A stretch of DNA of 64,000 nt from Takakia lepidozioides. Its lineage: Eukaryota; Plantae; Bryophyta. Position numbers and translations under genes: made by a program. Under the pieces are notes generated by a model. It searched no databases, had not been told where the DNA came from, and saw only the letters and a program-made list of their open reading frames with translations. The stretch spans positions 30,628,001 through 30,692,000 of the forward strand of contig CM060732.1 of NCBI GenBank assembly GCA_030704615.1, given 5' to 3'. Shown here in pieces: positions 33,873 to 48,719 of this stretch. How positions within the stretch are numbered: position 1 is the first letter of the stretch; each line of letters begins with the position of its first letter.

Positions 33873-35520
33873 CACAGTGATGACATCGAAGGAATACCTT
33901 CAGACATGCAAACTCGACGCATGGTTCTTTTTATAACTCATTTCCAAAAACGGTCGGTTAGTAAGTAGGCGGTAAGTAAGGACACATTTGGTTTATGGTC
34001 CATGGACATGTTTTGTTCCAAGAAATACAGTTAAAAACAAATGTATGGAATGGATGATGCAAGCCCTACCCCATTGTAATTAAGTTATGAATACGTTGGA
34101 GAAATCTGGAAGATCACACAATGTTGGAACATTCCTGGAACATTCCCTGACCGGATTTGCCAGTTTTTGGGAACTATTATCTTGTGAAGTTTGTGCATTT
34201 GTCTAGCCTTGTTACCCAATGAAGTTATCATGTTTACATATTTCATCCATCTATAAATATGGATGAAATGTTCCAGCTTGAACTAATTCAAAACGTAATT
34301 GGTGCTGAGAATCAAAACCCTCTATGTAAGTGATAGGAAGGTAGGGCCAATAAATTTTGGTACTTGTGAATGGATTGGGGAAACGAGAAAATAAACCTCT
34401 AAAACAACTGCTATCTGTGGTCAGCACGAGCATATGGATGAAACCTGGAAAATTCAACAAAACATTCAGCCAATATCTGTCAATCATTGAATGGGCTTTG
34501 TGAAAATGACTCCTGAACAAATACAGGTAATTAACAACATTCATCCCAAGGATACAACTCAGCCATTTGTAAGGGCTACTTTAGACTACGGCCCAAGACC
34601 AAGAACAAATTGGTTCAAATATTAGTCCCTAGATGCATATTAAAATATTAATATCCTAGGGACCAAAGTGGGAATGTGTAAAGACCTTGGGACCAAGACC
34701 AAGAAACTTAAAAATGAGGTGTATTATCTTCCATCACGTTTATTTTTCCCACTTGACATTCAAGCTTGATTCGGATGGTCATTTGACAAAATTATAGTTT
34801 AATGTTATTGGTACTCTTCCTTTCTTGGTCCCTACAACAATCACCCGCCAACTTGGACCCCTTGTCATTCCTAACATTGTTGGTCTTGGTCCCTAGTGTA
34901 AAGCCAATATGACCAAGAAATGCCCTTGACCAATAGAAGCCTTGCATTTTGTATAGGGTAATGCCCTGAGTGGGGCATTACCTTGCATAAGGAAATAGGA
35001 TGATTTCTTTGCTTTTCATCATTCCTTTATGATTTCTCCCCGCTAGTAGCTTCTTGTCAGAATAGATCTTGGAGGTAAAGATAAAGAAATGTCGTATGGT
35101 GTGCATTACACACCGTGCATTACATGAGTGTGTAATGCACCGGTACTCATGTGGCTGGCTGTTACGGAGTATAACACGCAGAAATTTACAGCGAGAAATC
35201 AACCCTAGTTCTTTACGAGTTGGTCTTGGTCTTGGACCGTAGTCTAAAGTGGCCCTAAAGTATCTATGCAACCCCCGGTTAAGGCCTTGGCACAAGGAAA
35301 TTCGTGTTTGGGGGGGGGGGCACTTCTTTTTCTTGGACCCCTAGGGTGTTGGTCTCTTTTGACAACAATTTTGGGCCAAATCAGAGAGGAGGTCTTGGTC
35401 TGTTAAATCCGGACACGCAAATTGCAGCTCTCCTTGCAAAATGGGATTCCAGGGCACAATTATACCTTCACTGTACAACAAATAATTTCCTTAAAGTGAA
35501 AAAATTAATTCCATTTGTTT
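33873..35520 (+). repeat. Interspersed non-coding repeat (probable non-autonomous DNA transposon); inverted copy of 53405-54864
   Basis: Begins CACAGTGATGAC. Reverse complement of 53405-54864 apart from a ~270-bp insert at ~34950-35215. Confidence 0.85.
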
Positions 35521-38134
35521 TTCTTGGGTAATTTACAGTGTTGGGCAGGTATATTGATTACCCAGATATACCCGCCGGGTATATTGATATATATATATAT
35601 ATTCACCGGTGTGGCAAGTTTAGGTACTTGGATGCATACCCTTATATTAGGGTATAATTTTATGATATACCCTTATCCTTATATTTACCTGCATCAGACG
35701 TCCAATATACCCTATTTTTTTGAAGGTGTATATGTTAAAATGAAGGGTATATCTAATCAGGGTATATAATGGTTGAGGTTGTAAAATACTAGCCATTAGC
35801 AATTTTTTAACACAACGGTAGCATTCGAGGCGAGAGCTTCACCTTGGCATTTGGCGTGGAGGTACTTTTAGGGGATCTCACCCATTTAGCAAAATCGAGT
35901 AGTTTTTTTCTATACGTAATAAGGTAGGGATTTTCTTGGGGCATAAGCTAGGCTCATTGAAAGATAATAACGTCTTCAATGCGGGCACGTGTGGCTGCGG
36001 TGGGGCCCGCGTGTAGCACAAGGTTGCATAGAGTGGGGCGCCCCCTACCGGGGCAAGCGAGTCTGCTGGGCCCACAAAACACATGAAATGCAGATAAAAT
36101 GTTAAATATTTCGAGGGATTTGCAGAAAGCAGTGTGGGTAGTGTGGTAGCTAAGAGCAATAGATAATAAGCATGAGGTTTGGTGTTCCACTCCTGTTAGG
36201 TGATATTGCGGCAATAATGTGTATTAATAGTAAATATATATTTTGTCTGAGGAAGGTCTGCCGGCCCGCTTCAAGGTTGGAGTGAGTCAGCTCGCCAGTT
36301 GAGTCAGTCCGCTCGATGGTCACCAGTCGCTAGTCGTTTGATGGTCGTCAGTCCGCTCGAAGGTCGCTAGTCCGTTCACTAGTTGGAGTCAGTATGCTCG
36401 CCAATCCTTTGTTCGTCAGTCCGCTCAAAGGTTGCAGTCAGTTTGCTGGAGGGCATGAGGCCGAAGAAGAACAAGGACTTAAGAAAATTCAGAATCCGGA
36501 CTTGGTGAATGGGCAGTGGGTTTATGAGCTCACCCCATAGGAAGTACTGGCGGGGCCCATAGCGCATTGAAGACGCTATTATCTTATAAATCAGAGCCAT
36601 ATTTTGACATATATACCCTTACCCAGGGGGTTATATAGAAATCCGGAGGTTTAATAAATTCATTTTGATTTTATTTTATTTTTCCATACCCCAAGGGTAA
36701 ATGATTTGATAAAGATAATTTACCTATGCCCTAATTTTTTAAGAAAAAGTAGGGAAACACCTGGCAGCGACAGTTCACAAATCAGGCCCCTTAATTATAG
36801 TGAGAGGAAAAAAAACCTCTTTCATAAGAGGGATGGGGCAGATGGACAGGGGCCCGTCAGAGGCGCCTCCGCCTGAATCCTGCTAAAACTACCTATCAGA
36901 CACGTTCGTGCATTGAGTTCTTGAATTAGTCCTATGGTTCTATCAGCGGTTCCTGTCATCATATTTCAATATCTGGAAGTCTGGTACATGGGCCCGGTTA
37001 ATTTGCCCATCAGATATCCCTGCGATTGCGAATGGTTCAAATCGTAGTGACAAACTATGAAAATCTACACAAGAGATGACACCATGAAATGGCCACAAGT
37101 CGGGCGTAGGACAAAAGGGGAACAGGCTGATTAGCAAGGAGGACGGTCTCTAGGACTATCCTGTTTTTTAAGGAAGCCGGTTTGCTTTGGTCTGATCATG
37201 TAAAGAACACTGGAGCCAAAGCTAATGGATTGTAAGTTGTACTCAAAAAGGTAATGGCCTGATCATTCAAGCTAGAATCTCTAATACGCATATGGGCCAC
37301 CGTGTTTCCCCAAAACATAAATAGACAGAACCTTGCTTTATGAGAGCACCATCATCATTCTGCAAGAGAATGGTCATCCTCCTCATAGGAACAATTGAAA
37401 ACTTTGGGAGTGGAGCTCTCCCAAGCAAACGAGGGACTACTAAACAGCCATTTGACACCATCACATCTCTACCTAGCAGGGCAGAGCAAATAAGATGCAT
37501 TCAAACTTTTGGAGAAAACCCGAACACCGATAGTTTGATGGGTGACATGGACCCACATACTTTTTGGTTTGTGTCTTGCATACAAATGCCCAGCTTGGAG
37601 ACCTCATCACTGAGCTTGTCTATTTCACCAGCTCCAGATTCGTGGAAGTCTCTGCAATGACCTTCTGTGCGTATGTCCACCAGTATGTCTGTCTGCACTG
37701 AGACATTCCTGTGAAATCTCTCCTTGTCACTTTCTAGTGTCCAGCAGGGTGGGTCAAAAGTTCAAATCTAAGGCTTGTTGACTGAGGAAGTAGCAAATGG
37801 CAGGGTATCTGCCCCCCGTAGCGCAACAGGCTACCACTATATGGAGCCTCCGGTAATTTAACGTGGAGAGCACGGGAGCTCCTTGGACGACCAAAAGAAT
37901 GGCTTCAAGCACGTCATATATGTGCAGTTGAAGAATTGCCTTGAAAAATGGTCAGACATCTACCCAAAAATGGTACAGTACGGTACACATATAAACAGTC
38001 CCCCAAAGACACCCTAAAAGACAGGCTCCATCTGTCCACTTGGTCTGAGGGCTATCTCTCATCATTAGTTAGAGACTAATATCGTGTCACTTACCTCAGT
38101 ATCTATCTCTCTGCTCCCTTGCTCTCCCTGGGAC

Positions 38135-41100
38135 TCATTGCGACTTGTAATAAGAGCTGTTTTCAGAAAACTGCCAGATATCTGTATCGAGGTCGTGACT
38201 GGCCTGTGAAGACCCAGACTGCCTATCCCCTGTTTTGAGGGAGGATGCATGTGAGTTGGGAATGGATGTGGGGATGGAGCTTGCCTTCAACTGGGACACC
38301 AGGGCACCAAGTTCAGCACCCCTCCGTCTTTCCTCTTCCATAAAACTCTTCAATTCTTCAAGCGAACGCCCCCGCTCACCATCAGCTCCCCCTTTCATTT
38401 TTGAGCCATTAATTTCATGTCTCTCTATCCTTGTGGAGCATTTGGTGGAGGTACTTTTAATCTCACACTCACCTGGTGGACCATCACCAGAGCCAAAACT
38501 GGCTGACTGATCCACCGACAGAAAAGTACTGTCGTGCAAACCTGTGTAGAGTTCCTCTTCATCTAAGGCACCTGGGGACCCGCCAGCAAATCCCCCACCA
38601 TTGCTCCAAAACTCATCCCCATTAGACTCCTGTTCAGCCCTTACAAATTGGTCTGGTACTGTCCCCGAGTCCTTGAGTTTTATAGGCTTGCTGGAACCTT
38701 GCAGTGTGCTCTCTGGAGCACCCAAGATTCCATCATCCCCCCCATTGCTTCGAAACTCCTCCTGATAGGAGTCTTGGAACTCCACCCTGGGTAACTGGTC
38801 TGTGGCAGCATCCTTGTCCTTCTTCATTTTTGCCACAAGAACCCACATGCCTGCTAAGTCATTCTCCAGGTCCATCTCCCGCTGTTTGGCGTCGTCCAAT
38901 TTCTTCTGTAGGATCGCCTCCCCCTCTTCCCTCTCTGCCATAGTTGCCTCTAAGGTGGCCTCCTTCTCTTTAGCTATTTCAAGCTCTCTCTTCAATTCAT
39001 GTATAGCCGTTTCAGAATCAAGCTGCCACATATCAATGTCATCAAAGAAGTTACCACTGCTGTGGACTTTACCACTCTTGCTGCTCCCATTCCCACTACC
39101 ATTGCTCAAACTAGTACCCCCTCGGTTGAAAGTGTTCCCACCCCCATTCACCCGAGGTGAAGGTAGCTTAGTTGTTGTGCGAAGTAAAGCAATCTCCTGG
39201 GACTTGGCTAAATCAATTTGCAGCTTTGCCATGTCATTTTGAAGCTTGGCATTCTGAAAAGCGAGTTCCTGAGCCTTGACCAGTTCATTTTGAAGTTTTG
39301 AATTATGAAATGAGAGCTTGGTGACTTCTTCGGCTAGATTCTTCAGCTCAACAGCAGCTTGTGAAGCCAGTTCCTTCGCATATGCTGACTCCTCTGCAAG
39401 TTTCTCAGTTTGGATCTGTAGACCCTCCTTCTCCTCTACCAACCGTGCTCTCTCCTGCTTGAGTTTTTCCATCTCTGCTGCCTGTAACAATTTAAGTTTC
39501 AAGATTGTAAAACACACTACGACTGTGCCACCGTGGCTGCTACCATGCATATGTACCCGATCACCATGCTCATGCCCTGCATACTCCTTGTACAAGGCCT
39601 ACCCATTAACACACTACCCCCCACCTCACCATCCCCACAATTCACCATTCATTTCATTGAATTCACATTTTGCCACCATCGTTACCCCAATGACTCGATT
39701 TTAGAAAAACGTCAAAAATATGCCCCGCTTATCCTTGCAATCCGACGGTATGGTTGGAAACTGGCCCATTAACCATCATCACCGCCGGTACTCGAGGCGG
39801 CATTTATAACGCCAGTATCAATGACATACATGATAACTTCAAAATTCCCACTCTTCCCATCCACAAATGCTTCAAAGCAATTCACCTCACGGCACTCCGT
39901 TCACTCACAGCTATATCACATAACTGTCCCATAGCTTGCCCTTTTGATCATGCCAAGAACATCACGCTAAAGAAAGATGATATGAAAAGCTCAGAAGCTA
40001 GGCCTTTCCCTAGAGCCACCTACGAACTCAACCAGGGTGTACCAACAAAAGCTAACAAGTGCAAATATCCTAAGTGTAATAGATTACAAAGTCCAGTAGT
40101 CACGGAACCAAACCTGAAGAAGGACTTGCGATTGTAAGAGAGTATCAGCCTCCTCGATATCCTTGGAGGTTGCATGCGAGTTGCGATCATGCACATCACT
40201 CTCAGATCCATTTTGTTCCACATATCGGAGCTCACCAGATAAACCTCCCGTACTCAACCAGCCTCCTATCTCCTCTGTATTATCAACCAAGCTATTGCTT
40301 GGCCTGTGGTGATTAATCTTCGTCTCCATTGAAGCCATCTGCAGTTGCTGTTGAAGGGATTCAACAGTCTCCCGCAACTCATTGATTTCCTCAGTCTGGG
40401 AGACATGCAATAACAAGCTCAGTTTAACGAGAAAATACCTGATCACTTGACTTCCTGTAGACAGCTCATTATAACTTTGTTGATAACTTTGCCACCTGTA
40501 GATGAAGATCTATGAGTTTAAAAAGGTTCTGACCACCAACCTTGGCTTGCAACTGTTCTTGCAGAATGCGGTTGTCCGCACTCTTAATCTGCAACAACCA
40601 GCACACCCAATTCAGCTGCTACCTACAGAGAGAGAGTAGAGATGTGCTAAGCAATGAAAAGAAAGAAATCATGGTCCATACAAATACTACATCCATTTCC
40701 ACCTCCCTCTTAAAGTGCTTGCTGCTCAAACAACTTCTTGAGAAACAAGCGCAACCATTCAACAGAAGAGTAGGGATGAGGGTGCGGTGCCACTCGGTTA
40801 AGGGCATTCAGAGAATCTCAGACTTTACCTCGAGGTCGAAAGCTTTCTCATTCAACTGAGTCATTAGCTTCGAGATTTGCTGTATACGAAACCCACAGCT
40901 GAATAAGAAGGCAGTTGGACTAATGTATATCACATCAAGAAATGAATCTCACACTAAAAAATGAGTCAAACTACAACCCATGCTTTGTGTTCTGCAGTCA
41001 GGAAAGGGGCTCACCAGCATTTGAGTGACTTCTTACCTGTGACATTTCAAAGGGAGAATTCAGCTGGGGTGCGTCTGAAGATTTGATGCGTTGCTCGAGC

Positions 41101-44100
41101 AGTCGCATGTGGCGCCTCTTCTCCTGAATTTCCTCCCTTGTTTTTTATATTTGGACCTTCACACGCACAAACAACTCATATCTCTCGTTGGAACTCTGGT
41201 GGCAATTGTTCTCAAACTTCATTGCAGACATTTTACAGTATCACAATTGTAACTTAAACCTGTACTTGATCCCACCTTCTCAACAAAGGACTACAGCACA
41301 TTACAACAGGTGCAATATCATGTGCACTTCAACAGGGTTAGAATCACAACAGTTGCTTGAATCAGGAGACCCATTCCCATATGCTAGCCCACCTGCCGCT
41401 TTTCTTTGTTGATCAGTGCCACTTGGCCTTTGGAATCCGTAGAGCAAAGGAAAGTAAGCTCACCTGCAACTGGGGGTCATCTGGGCTGTTGGTTGCTTGT
41501 TCAGACAATCGTTTCAAAGAGCTGGTACAAAAGGCCACCTCGCCTGCAAGCATTTTGACCTGCTCCCTCAACAGATCTATCTGGTCTGCCATTGTTGTGC
41601 CTGTCTGAAACCCAATTCCTCATCAACAGCCTATTTGGCCTTAGCATGAGGCATATAATCAGCGATAATGCTTATAAGCTGTACAATGATCTTCACAAAA
41701 AAGTCAAAATCAAGTCTGCTACCATGTCCTGCCTGAAAATTAGTTCACCTCTGCACCGATCCAGAATCATACACAGTATCACCATTGGGTGGTTAGTTAA
41801 GAATCCCCCTATCAGTTGGTTGAAACTTCGGCTATCCATGTTCCAAACTGCACACATCAAGAGGTTACAAAAGCGTGACTCACTGGGGGTGGCCTTCGCC
41901 CTCGAACAGTAGCACTGAACAGTTCTCCTGCTTGAGTGGGCTCTGGGAAAGAATCAACAGTTGACAGCTCGTCCACTCTGCGACTGAAAGACTTTCGGCG
42001 GGGACCTTTCAAGTCTAGGCCTGGTTCAAAGTGGACCATTGCACCTGGTGATCCGTTTGGGGAGTTCTCTGTATCGAAGCTCCCAGAGGGACTGGAATGC
42101 AGGCTATCACTTTTCTGCATTGAGTCAGGCATGGTGAAGGGTAGCATAATTAGAACTTAAGGAAAAGTATCATGAACAGTTTGGCAACCATACAATGTTT
42201 AGCGATATAAGGATATGTTCCAAAGAAAAGGATACTAGTTCTTGTTGACTTCCGAAACAGCATCTATCAATTAAGGATGTAAACAATTAAGATAGCTGCC
42301 CCCATCCAGTCATGCCTTCTACACATAAAAGATGATTATGAATCAATATGCCAGTTGTTCATTGAGTGGAAAACAACGAGAGATATGCTATATCAGGAAG
42401 AGATATGGGACTGAACCAGAGAAATGGGTACAGGATGCAGCAGCACAAGAATTAATCAGTATGTGTTTTGTGTTCATGTGGGGATGTGTTGTTGAAGAGA
42501 AACACACACATAGAGCAGACAGAGTGCAGACAGATGGATCGAAAGACCTGAGATGGGGACAGAGAAACCAACCCGTATCTTGAACCAAGCCAGCATACCA
42601 CGCTTTTTGTTGGATTTCTTCTCTTCCCGGGTCCCGTCATCCATTCCACTACTATCAGCCCTACCTTCCCCAGTCATCTCTGAGTCAGGCCCACCCTGAC
42701 TTCCCTCGTCGTCGTCTTCCAATGTCAAGTCGCGCCTCTTGTCAGGTAAATAGGCCAACTGATCACAAATCCAATGACAATCAGGAACAACCCTGCTCCA
42801 AGTTTCTAAGCATACGGTAATATACCTCCACATCACAAACTGCATACCATAGAAAGCACACGCAAACAACCCACAACATTCCTTCAAAGTGCTGGATGGT
42901 GCCCGAATTGGCATCCAACAAGTATGACTACAGTCTTGAGAGTGAGGATACCCTTACATACCTCCTCCTCCCCAAAGGAGTGCCGCCGTCGGTGAGTGGG
43001 CACTTCAGGGACAGAGACAGGAGGGATAGTTTTTTTGGTGGAGACAAGAATGAGCTTAGTAAGCCGCTGGATTCTGCCCATAAGAGCTGCCTTGGCTTGT
43101 TCTTCTTCCTCCAATCGTGACTGCAACTTAACTTGGCCAGCCTCCAGCTGTTACCCCCAAAACCAAAAGGCCCTTTGAGTTCCTTAACGCACTCCACTGT
43201 TATAGAATATCAACCTCTAAAGCGTATGTTGCAATCACGCAAACAAAAGAATTACCTGTTTACTTATGTGCCATGAAACTGAAGGTTGGTCATTCAAGGT
43301 GACATATGATGCTAAAACAGGCAAGCTGATGAACATGAGTGACATGCTATGATTAGAAAAGCTGCAAAACACTGCTTAGCCTATCTTCCCTTTAAATCTA
43401 CCTATAGTGAGCCTGCTGTCTTCTGATTGGGAAGACTTCCATTAACAATGCCCGGCTAGACACATTTTGTCACACTCGTTACACTTAGTGGGAGAAGTGA
43501 ACTGGGAGGGTAGCGAGCAGACACACACCTGCTGACGCAGATGGACAAGGTCTTCATGGCTAGCATTTACAAGATAGGGTTGTTCAAGTATGCCACGCTT
43601 GAGTTGCTCCAGCTCGGACTTCAAGCTGCTAATTTCCTTCTGGTACTTTTTGATCAATGATTTTTCATCCAAGATCTGCACTCACAACAGTCACTCTTCA
43701 CAACCTAGCAGGAACTTACCTTGAGAGTGAAAACCTTACATTCCACACAAAGTACTCGTCACATCTGCCCACATCCTTTGTTCTTTGTCTTAAACAAGTA
43801 GCACACATTGAAGAACAGAGCCCCAAACGTGGGAGCACACTGTTTATACACCTTAGGTCAACACAATGCATTTTGGATGGCTAACAATGGCTCAGCAGGT
43901 CATGCCCAAGATCCTTCCATGAGAGGCTATCCACTGGATACTGACCACCCTAACTACCACAAACACAAACAAACATACACACATTTTAGATTGGGAAACT
44001 CAGAGCTGAAGAGATGAAGTACCCGATTGGAAGCTGCGTGGATCTCAATCCGTTTTGCTCGGTGGGCAAATTTGAGGGTGTTGTGTGTCTCTTCATTGTT

Positions 44101-47100
44101 GCTGGATGCTGGTGTGATTGTGCATATTAACTGCAGTCAAAGCAATACAAAGATTCTGCAATGAGAACAGCAGACTAACAACTAAAGTTGCATGTCTTCA
44201 TTGTTCAACTCACTTCAATCCATAATCACAGACCAATTGGCAGAGGGATACATGCCAAGCTCACAGATAAAGATGTAAAGCATTGGTTGACCAACCAGAG
44301 AAATGCAGTCCTACATAAAACGAGGTGAATGAAGAGGATGTGTACCGAGATCCGCCCATGGCCACTTAAAGAAGACTGCAAGAGTCGAGTGAGCTTAGAG
44401 TCTCGATAGGGAATGTGCGATGCTTTGCCATCACTAAGTTTAGCTATGACCTGCACTCACACACATCATGACTTTCATTTCCAAGGGTAAGAGTACTCGT
44501 TTGGTTGTGATAACATCTCTTTGGTTCAAGATAACTAAACCAATCCTGAGCAGTTTCTGGGTGTTCTCACAGAATTTTCTGAGGCAAAGGCAGTCCCGGC
44601 TTACAGTGCCAAGAGTTAATAAACTCTTATTAATGTAGGAGCCCTCTTTCCGACGCAGGCCTGTGGTCTCCGTCTTTGAGCTCTCTGACCCTGCAAGATC
44701 GATCAAATTCTGCGGGCATCACACAAGCCCTGGTCAGCGGATGCTGCAACCACAAGCAGGTCACTGAAGCTCCAGCTTAGCAGGAAACCATATAATTGCA
44801 AGGAAGGGGACCTCCCTTGGTATAACTCCCAGACATTTACTCACCAAAGGCATTACCCTTCCAGGGCCAGATGAGAGCCTACAATTGGATTATCCAAACA
44901 TCAGTCTCAGGTTCACAACTGACCATCACTACATCTTCAAGCAATTTAGCATACTGCCGGTGAATGTAATTCTTAACTAAGGAGAAACCAGCTTACAAGT
45001 TGAGAAAGAGTGACATCCTCGTCTGTGTAGCCTTCACCTCGTGGGCTGCTTTCTACAGTCTGCAATAGCATCTCCAGAGACAAGTATTAGACCAAATCCT
45101 TTAAATCACAATAGTTAATGTGTTTAAGCTTCACTCCTGGTGTGCTAGAGCTTGGGTTGGCTGAACACAGGGAAGATGTATTTCACATACTTCACCAGAA
45201 GATTGATTCTTGAAAATCCCTCCTAATGATACAAACTGGGAGCAAGTTATGTCCTGGTCACCTATGTTGATAGTACCTCACATCTGCATATACCAGCAAA
45301 TCTACGGATAACATTCCAATTTGTTTTGATACTAGTGTAGACAGAAGTGAAATTCACATAGACAAACTGTATTAGACTCTAAAGACAACATGCTTATTAT
45401 ACTGATTTGGCACATAATTACAGACCAGAGTGAAGATGGTATGACTCCGACTGCTGAGTAGGTTGAAGTTGTTGGAGCCCACATGCCGGTGTTCTGCAAA
45501 TCACCATGCAACTTGTCAGGGACAAGCGTGAGAAACTGCTTTCAAATGGCTGGAAGTGATATTTCTCAAGCACTAGTAAACTGGGGCTATGTAACAACCA
45601 ATGGTTGGTACAGTCTTTCCAATTTATGGTTAAACATAACAAAATACCACAATTCTATGTCACCCCTGATAAAGGATCCATAATTGCTTTTGATAGGAAA
45701 GATTACCTTCACCGGCAGCAATGAGGGAGAGAGCATGCGCTGGCGACAACACCACTTCTTCTTTTATCCCTTCTACATATGTGCCCTGCTATAATCATAC
45801 ACCATGTGTCGAGATTGTCAGGGTACTCGGGGAACCTCTCTCCAGGTATCTGCCTACTTGTCCACACATGCTTAGGAATTTGCAATCTGACCAAGGACAT
45901 GCTTTTAGAGGGATCCACAGCAATTGCTCACTGATTTCAAGCAAATTTGAAAACATTGCATAGCGAAGCTACAAAAGCCATAGACAGCCGAATACCTGGG
46001 TATCCTCACGCACACGTAGGTTTTGCCCAATAGGATCTAGTAGATCATTTATCACCTGGGAGCAGATTACAGCCACCCAACTCAAGAAGAGGAAAAAAGT
46101 CACTATTCGACAGACTATGATTTCCACATTGTGACCAAGAACCCCTCTAGAAGAGAGGGGAAGGGTAAAAGATGAAGGAAAATATTCAATCCCAGTTGCC
46201 TCCTTGAAAAAGAGGTGTGAAGTACCAAGTTAAACGGTATTGCGTCCATTCTCCCGATTGAAAAGGTCCTCATTACTGAGAAGGTAAAGTATGTACTAGC
46301 AGTGATGGAACAAAGGAAAACAGGATGAAAGAAAAACATCGCGTGGGGTCAAAAAGAGGTGGGGGGAAAACATTATGGAAAAGAAGCAATGGCTAAAAAG
46401 GTACGTGGAACTGCTTCCACCACAGGATTTCATCTATTGCCATAATATTGTGTAGAAAAATTACCTCATTGTAGATCTCAAGATAAGAAACACGTAATAG
46501 AAACTCCCGACTTGGTGTCTGCAACAAGGCCAATAAACACTGTTAGTCTCCAACGCAAGCTACTTGCTTGGCGGGCACCCTCAACTACTTCATCCTTAAC
46601 TATATCATTGCTACTAAGGAAAGCAACACTTCAACATTGACTGGATTGCTCTTCATCCCTTAGTCAGCATCACTGCTTTCATTTCAGATTTTACGACACC
46701 AGCCACAGATGCGTAGAGTAGACATGGATGTCAAAGATGAGACAGTCGAAGGCAGCATGGAATCATGAAAGGCGAGGGAATGTACTTCTTGTATAATGCT
46801 GAAGACATCCTTAACAGCCAGTGGAATGATCCCTGGTGACTTTTGATCACCCTGCACAATCCATATTCAGAGACTCAACTGAAGTTAGTAGGCGGGATAG
46901 CCTGGTCTACAACAATGATGTTAAGCATGCCAAAGTCAACTAATATGCTTGTACAAATTCCAAATAACTCCATGCAGAACCCAAATTGAGAACCAACCTG
47001 ATAGAGAATGCATAGGGCAGAGACAGAAACACTAACAAAATCATATGGTCTAAGTGAGACACACAAATACAAATATGCTTACATGCATTGTGTGAGTCTT

Positions 47101-48719
47101 GCCACTGCTTGTGACACCATAAGCAAAAACAGTTCCTGTAGTTCCCCACAAGACTGCCTTCCGTAAGCGCTAAATCTCTTCAGTGTCAGATAGGCACAGA
47201 TTTCTAAGGGAAAAAAAAACCCTCGCAGATGCACTCTGGGCCTCCAGTGGACATGTAAAATTCCCTTCCACTTCTCGTCGTTTGTCTTCTCTCCAATTGT
47301 ATTTCCGTCAAAAAATGTGATTTAAGAGACTACTATACGTGCGAGCACTGGTAGGTTGAGAACAGTGGAGACCTACCATTGACCCCCTCCATAGCTCCAC
47401 TCACCACATGCTGGGCTGCAACATCGTAGACCCCTCTGGTGGTAGTTGCAGGCCCAAACACTCTGTCTGTCCTTATCACCATCACACAACCACAGTTGTC
47501 ACTGCCTCTGTGTCTAACAGCTTAATCACTGCTCTCTGTGTGCCTCCTCCCTCTTTCCAGCTCAATTTTCAACTCCGTCCCAAATAGACCTCTCCTCACA
47601 CATAAAACTATGGTAATAGGGAGATGGGTGCGTACCAAAGGCATAGACAGTTGATGGGTTCAATTCACTGCGTACAGTGGTGTCTCCATCAGCATACCAG
47701 GCCACTTCATCACCTCGTTGGATCTCCCTTTGACTGCACCACAGAGACAGGTTGTTTTGTATCTGCTTGAAGTGAGGCTGGAGGCTTAGTGAGGCTTAGT
47801 TCAAGGTTCCTTTCTGATACATATAAACATACAAAGGCTGCAGGCCAAGCTCCTTGCTTAGGCACTCTTCCAGTACCACTCCAGTGGCTTTCCAACATGC
47901 ATATTCGAAAGCAATTTCTAGCAAAGACTAGTGATCCGCGTAGTGCTTGTGTGCCTCTAGTAGACTACTGACTGGACACAGCCTGACAATCAGCCCCACA
48001 GACACTAGCCCTTGCTTACTGGCTCATGCCATACATAGGTCGGGCTGGCATGATCAATGTGCTGCGATACATGCCTGTGCACCCTACTATTTGCTCGATT
48101 GGAGGGTATTTGATTCCAAAGTAGGGCACATTGCCTTCCATCTGTAGCCAAGATTGAGCAACCATCACCATGGCAACATGTGGCCAGTCTGAGCAAGATT
48201 AGGGCTTTGTGCTTGTAGTTTCCAGAATGCACACATCTGACTGCCACACTCAACCTTGCCGTCAACACAGAGCTTCACAAAATCAAACGTTTTTCCCTTG
48301 CAAGCAGCCTTCCTCATCTGACTTTTCTTACTTTACGCAAGGGAAGGTTTCCAGGTCTTGTACCTGAGCGGCCGAAATCGAACAGTAACCGAGACATTCT
48401 CTTTTGCTCGACTAAGAAAATCATCTCTCATTGACGTTGGTGTCCGCGGGCTTCCAGCAGAGACTGAAGAAGCCGAACTGAGGCGGAATTTCTGAGGAGT
48501 GATGCTTGGTGTGATGCTCGGAGGTTGCGGAATATTACTTCTGCTCCTGTTGGGAGTCAAAGATCTTGCAACAAATGCTATTGACTTCGATGTGGAGGTG
48601 GGTGTTAGAGAGCCAGAAGAGGAAGGAGAGGGAATCAATGACTTGCTTTGATTAATAGATGAAGTCTTTCTGAAACGGAAAGGAGAGCTTGTTCGCGGTT
48701 TTGAAGAAGATGAAGACAT
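38135..48719 (-). CDS. KIN7: Kinesin-7 (CENP-E-like, plant KIN7C/D/E-type) motor protein, more than 20 exons; the 3' end may extend to ~37357
   Basis: ATG at 48719. Exons encode [35 protein letters not shown] (P-loop), [17 protein letters not shown] (switch I), LIDLAGSE (switch II), [24 protein letters not shown], and coiled coil [28 protein letters not shown]; GT-AG borders. Confidence 0.95.
39520..39912 (+). mobile_element. LINE 3'-region fragment (restriction-like endonuclease domain) in a kinesin intron
   Basis: ILLVQG...IHFIEFTFC...[18 protein letters not shown]...[10 protein letters not shown]. Absent from the duplicate at 33305-33325. Confidence 0.6.

Noticed and set aside
36285-36450. 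Degenerate ~21-bp minisatellite (GTCAGTCCGCTCGA) as a functional array
   Set aside because: Short, irregular and inside unclassified repeat-like DNA; no supportable function.
38135-39595. Stand-alone 486-aa gene
   Set aside because: It is a large 3' exon of the kinesin; its apparent N-terminus comes from intron and LINE filler sequence.
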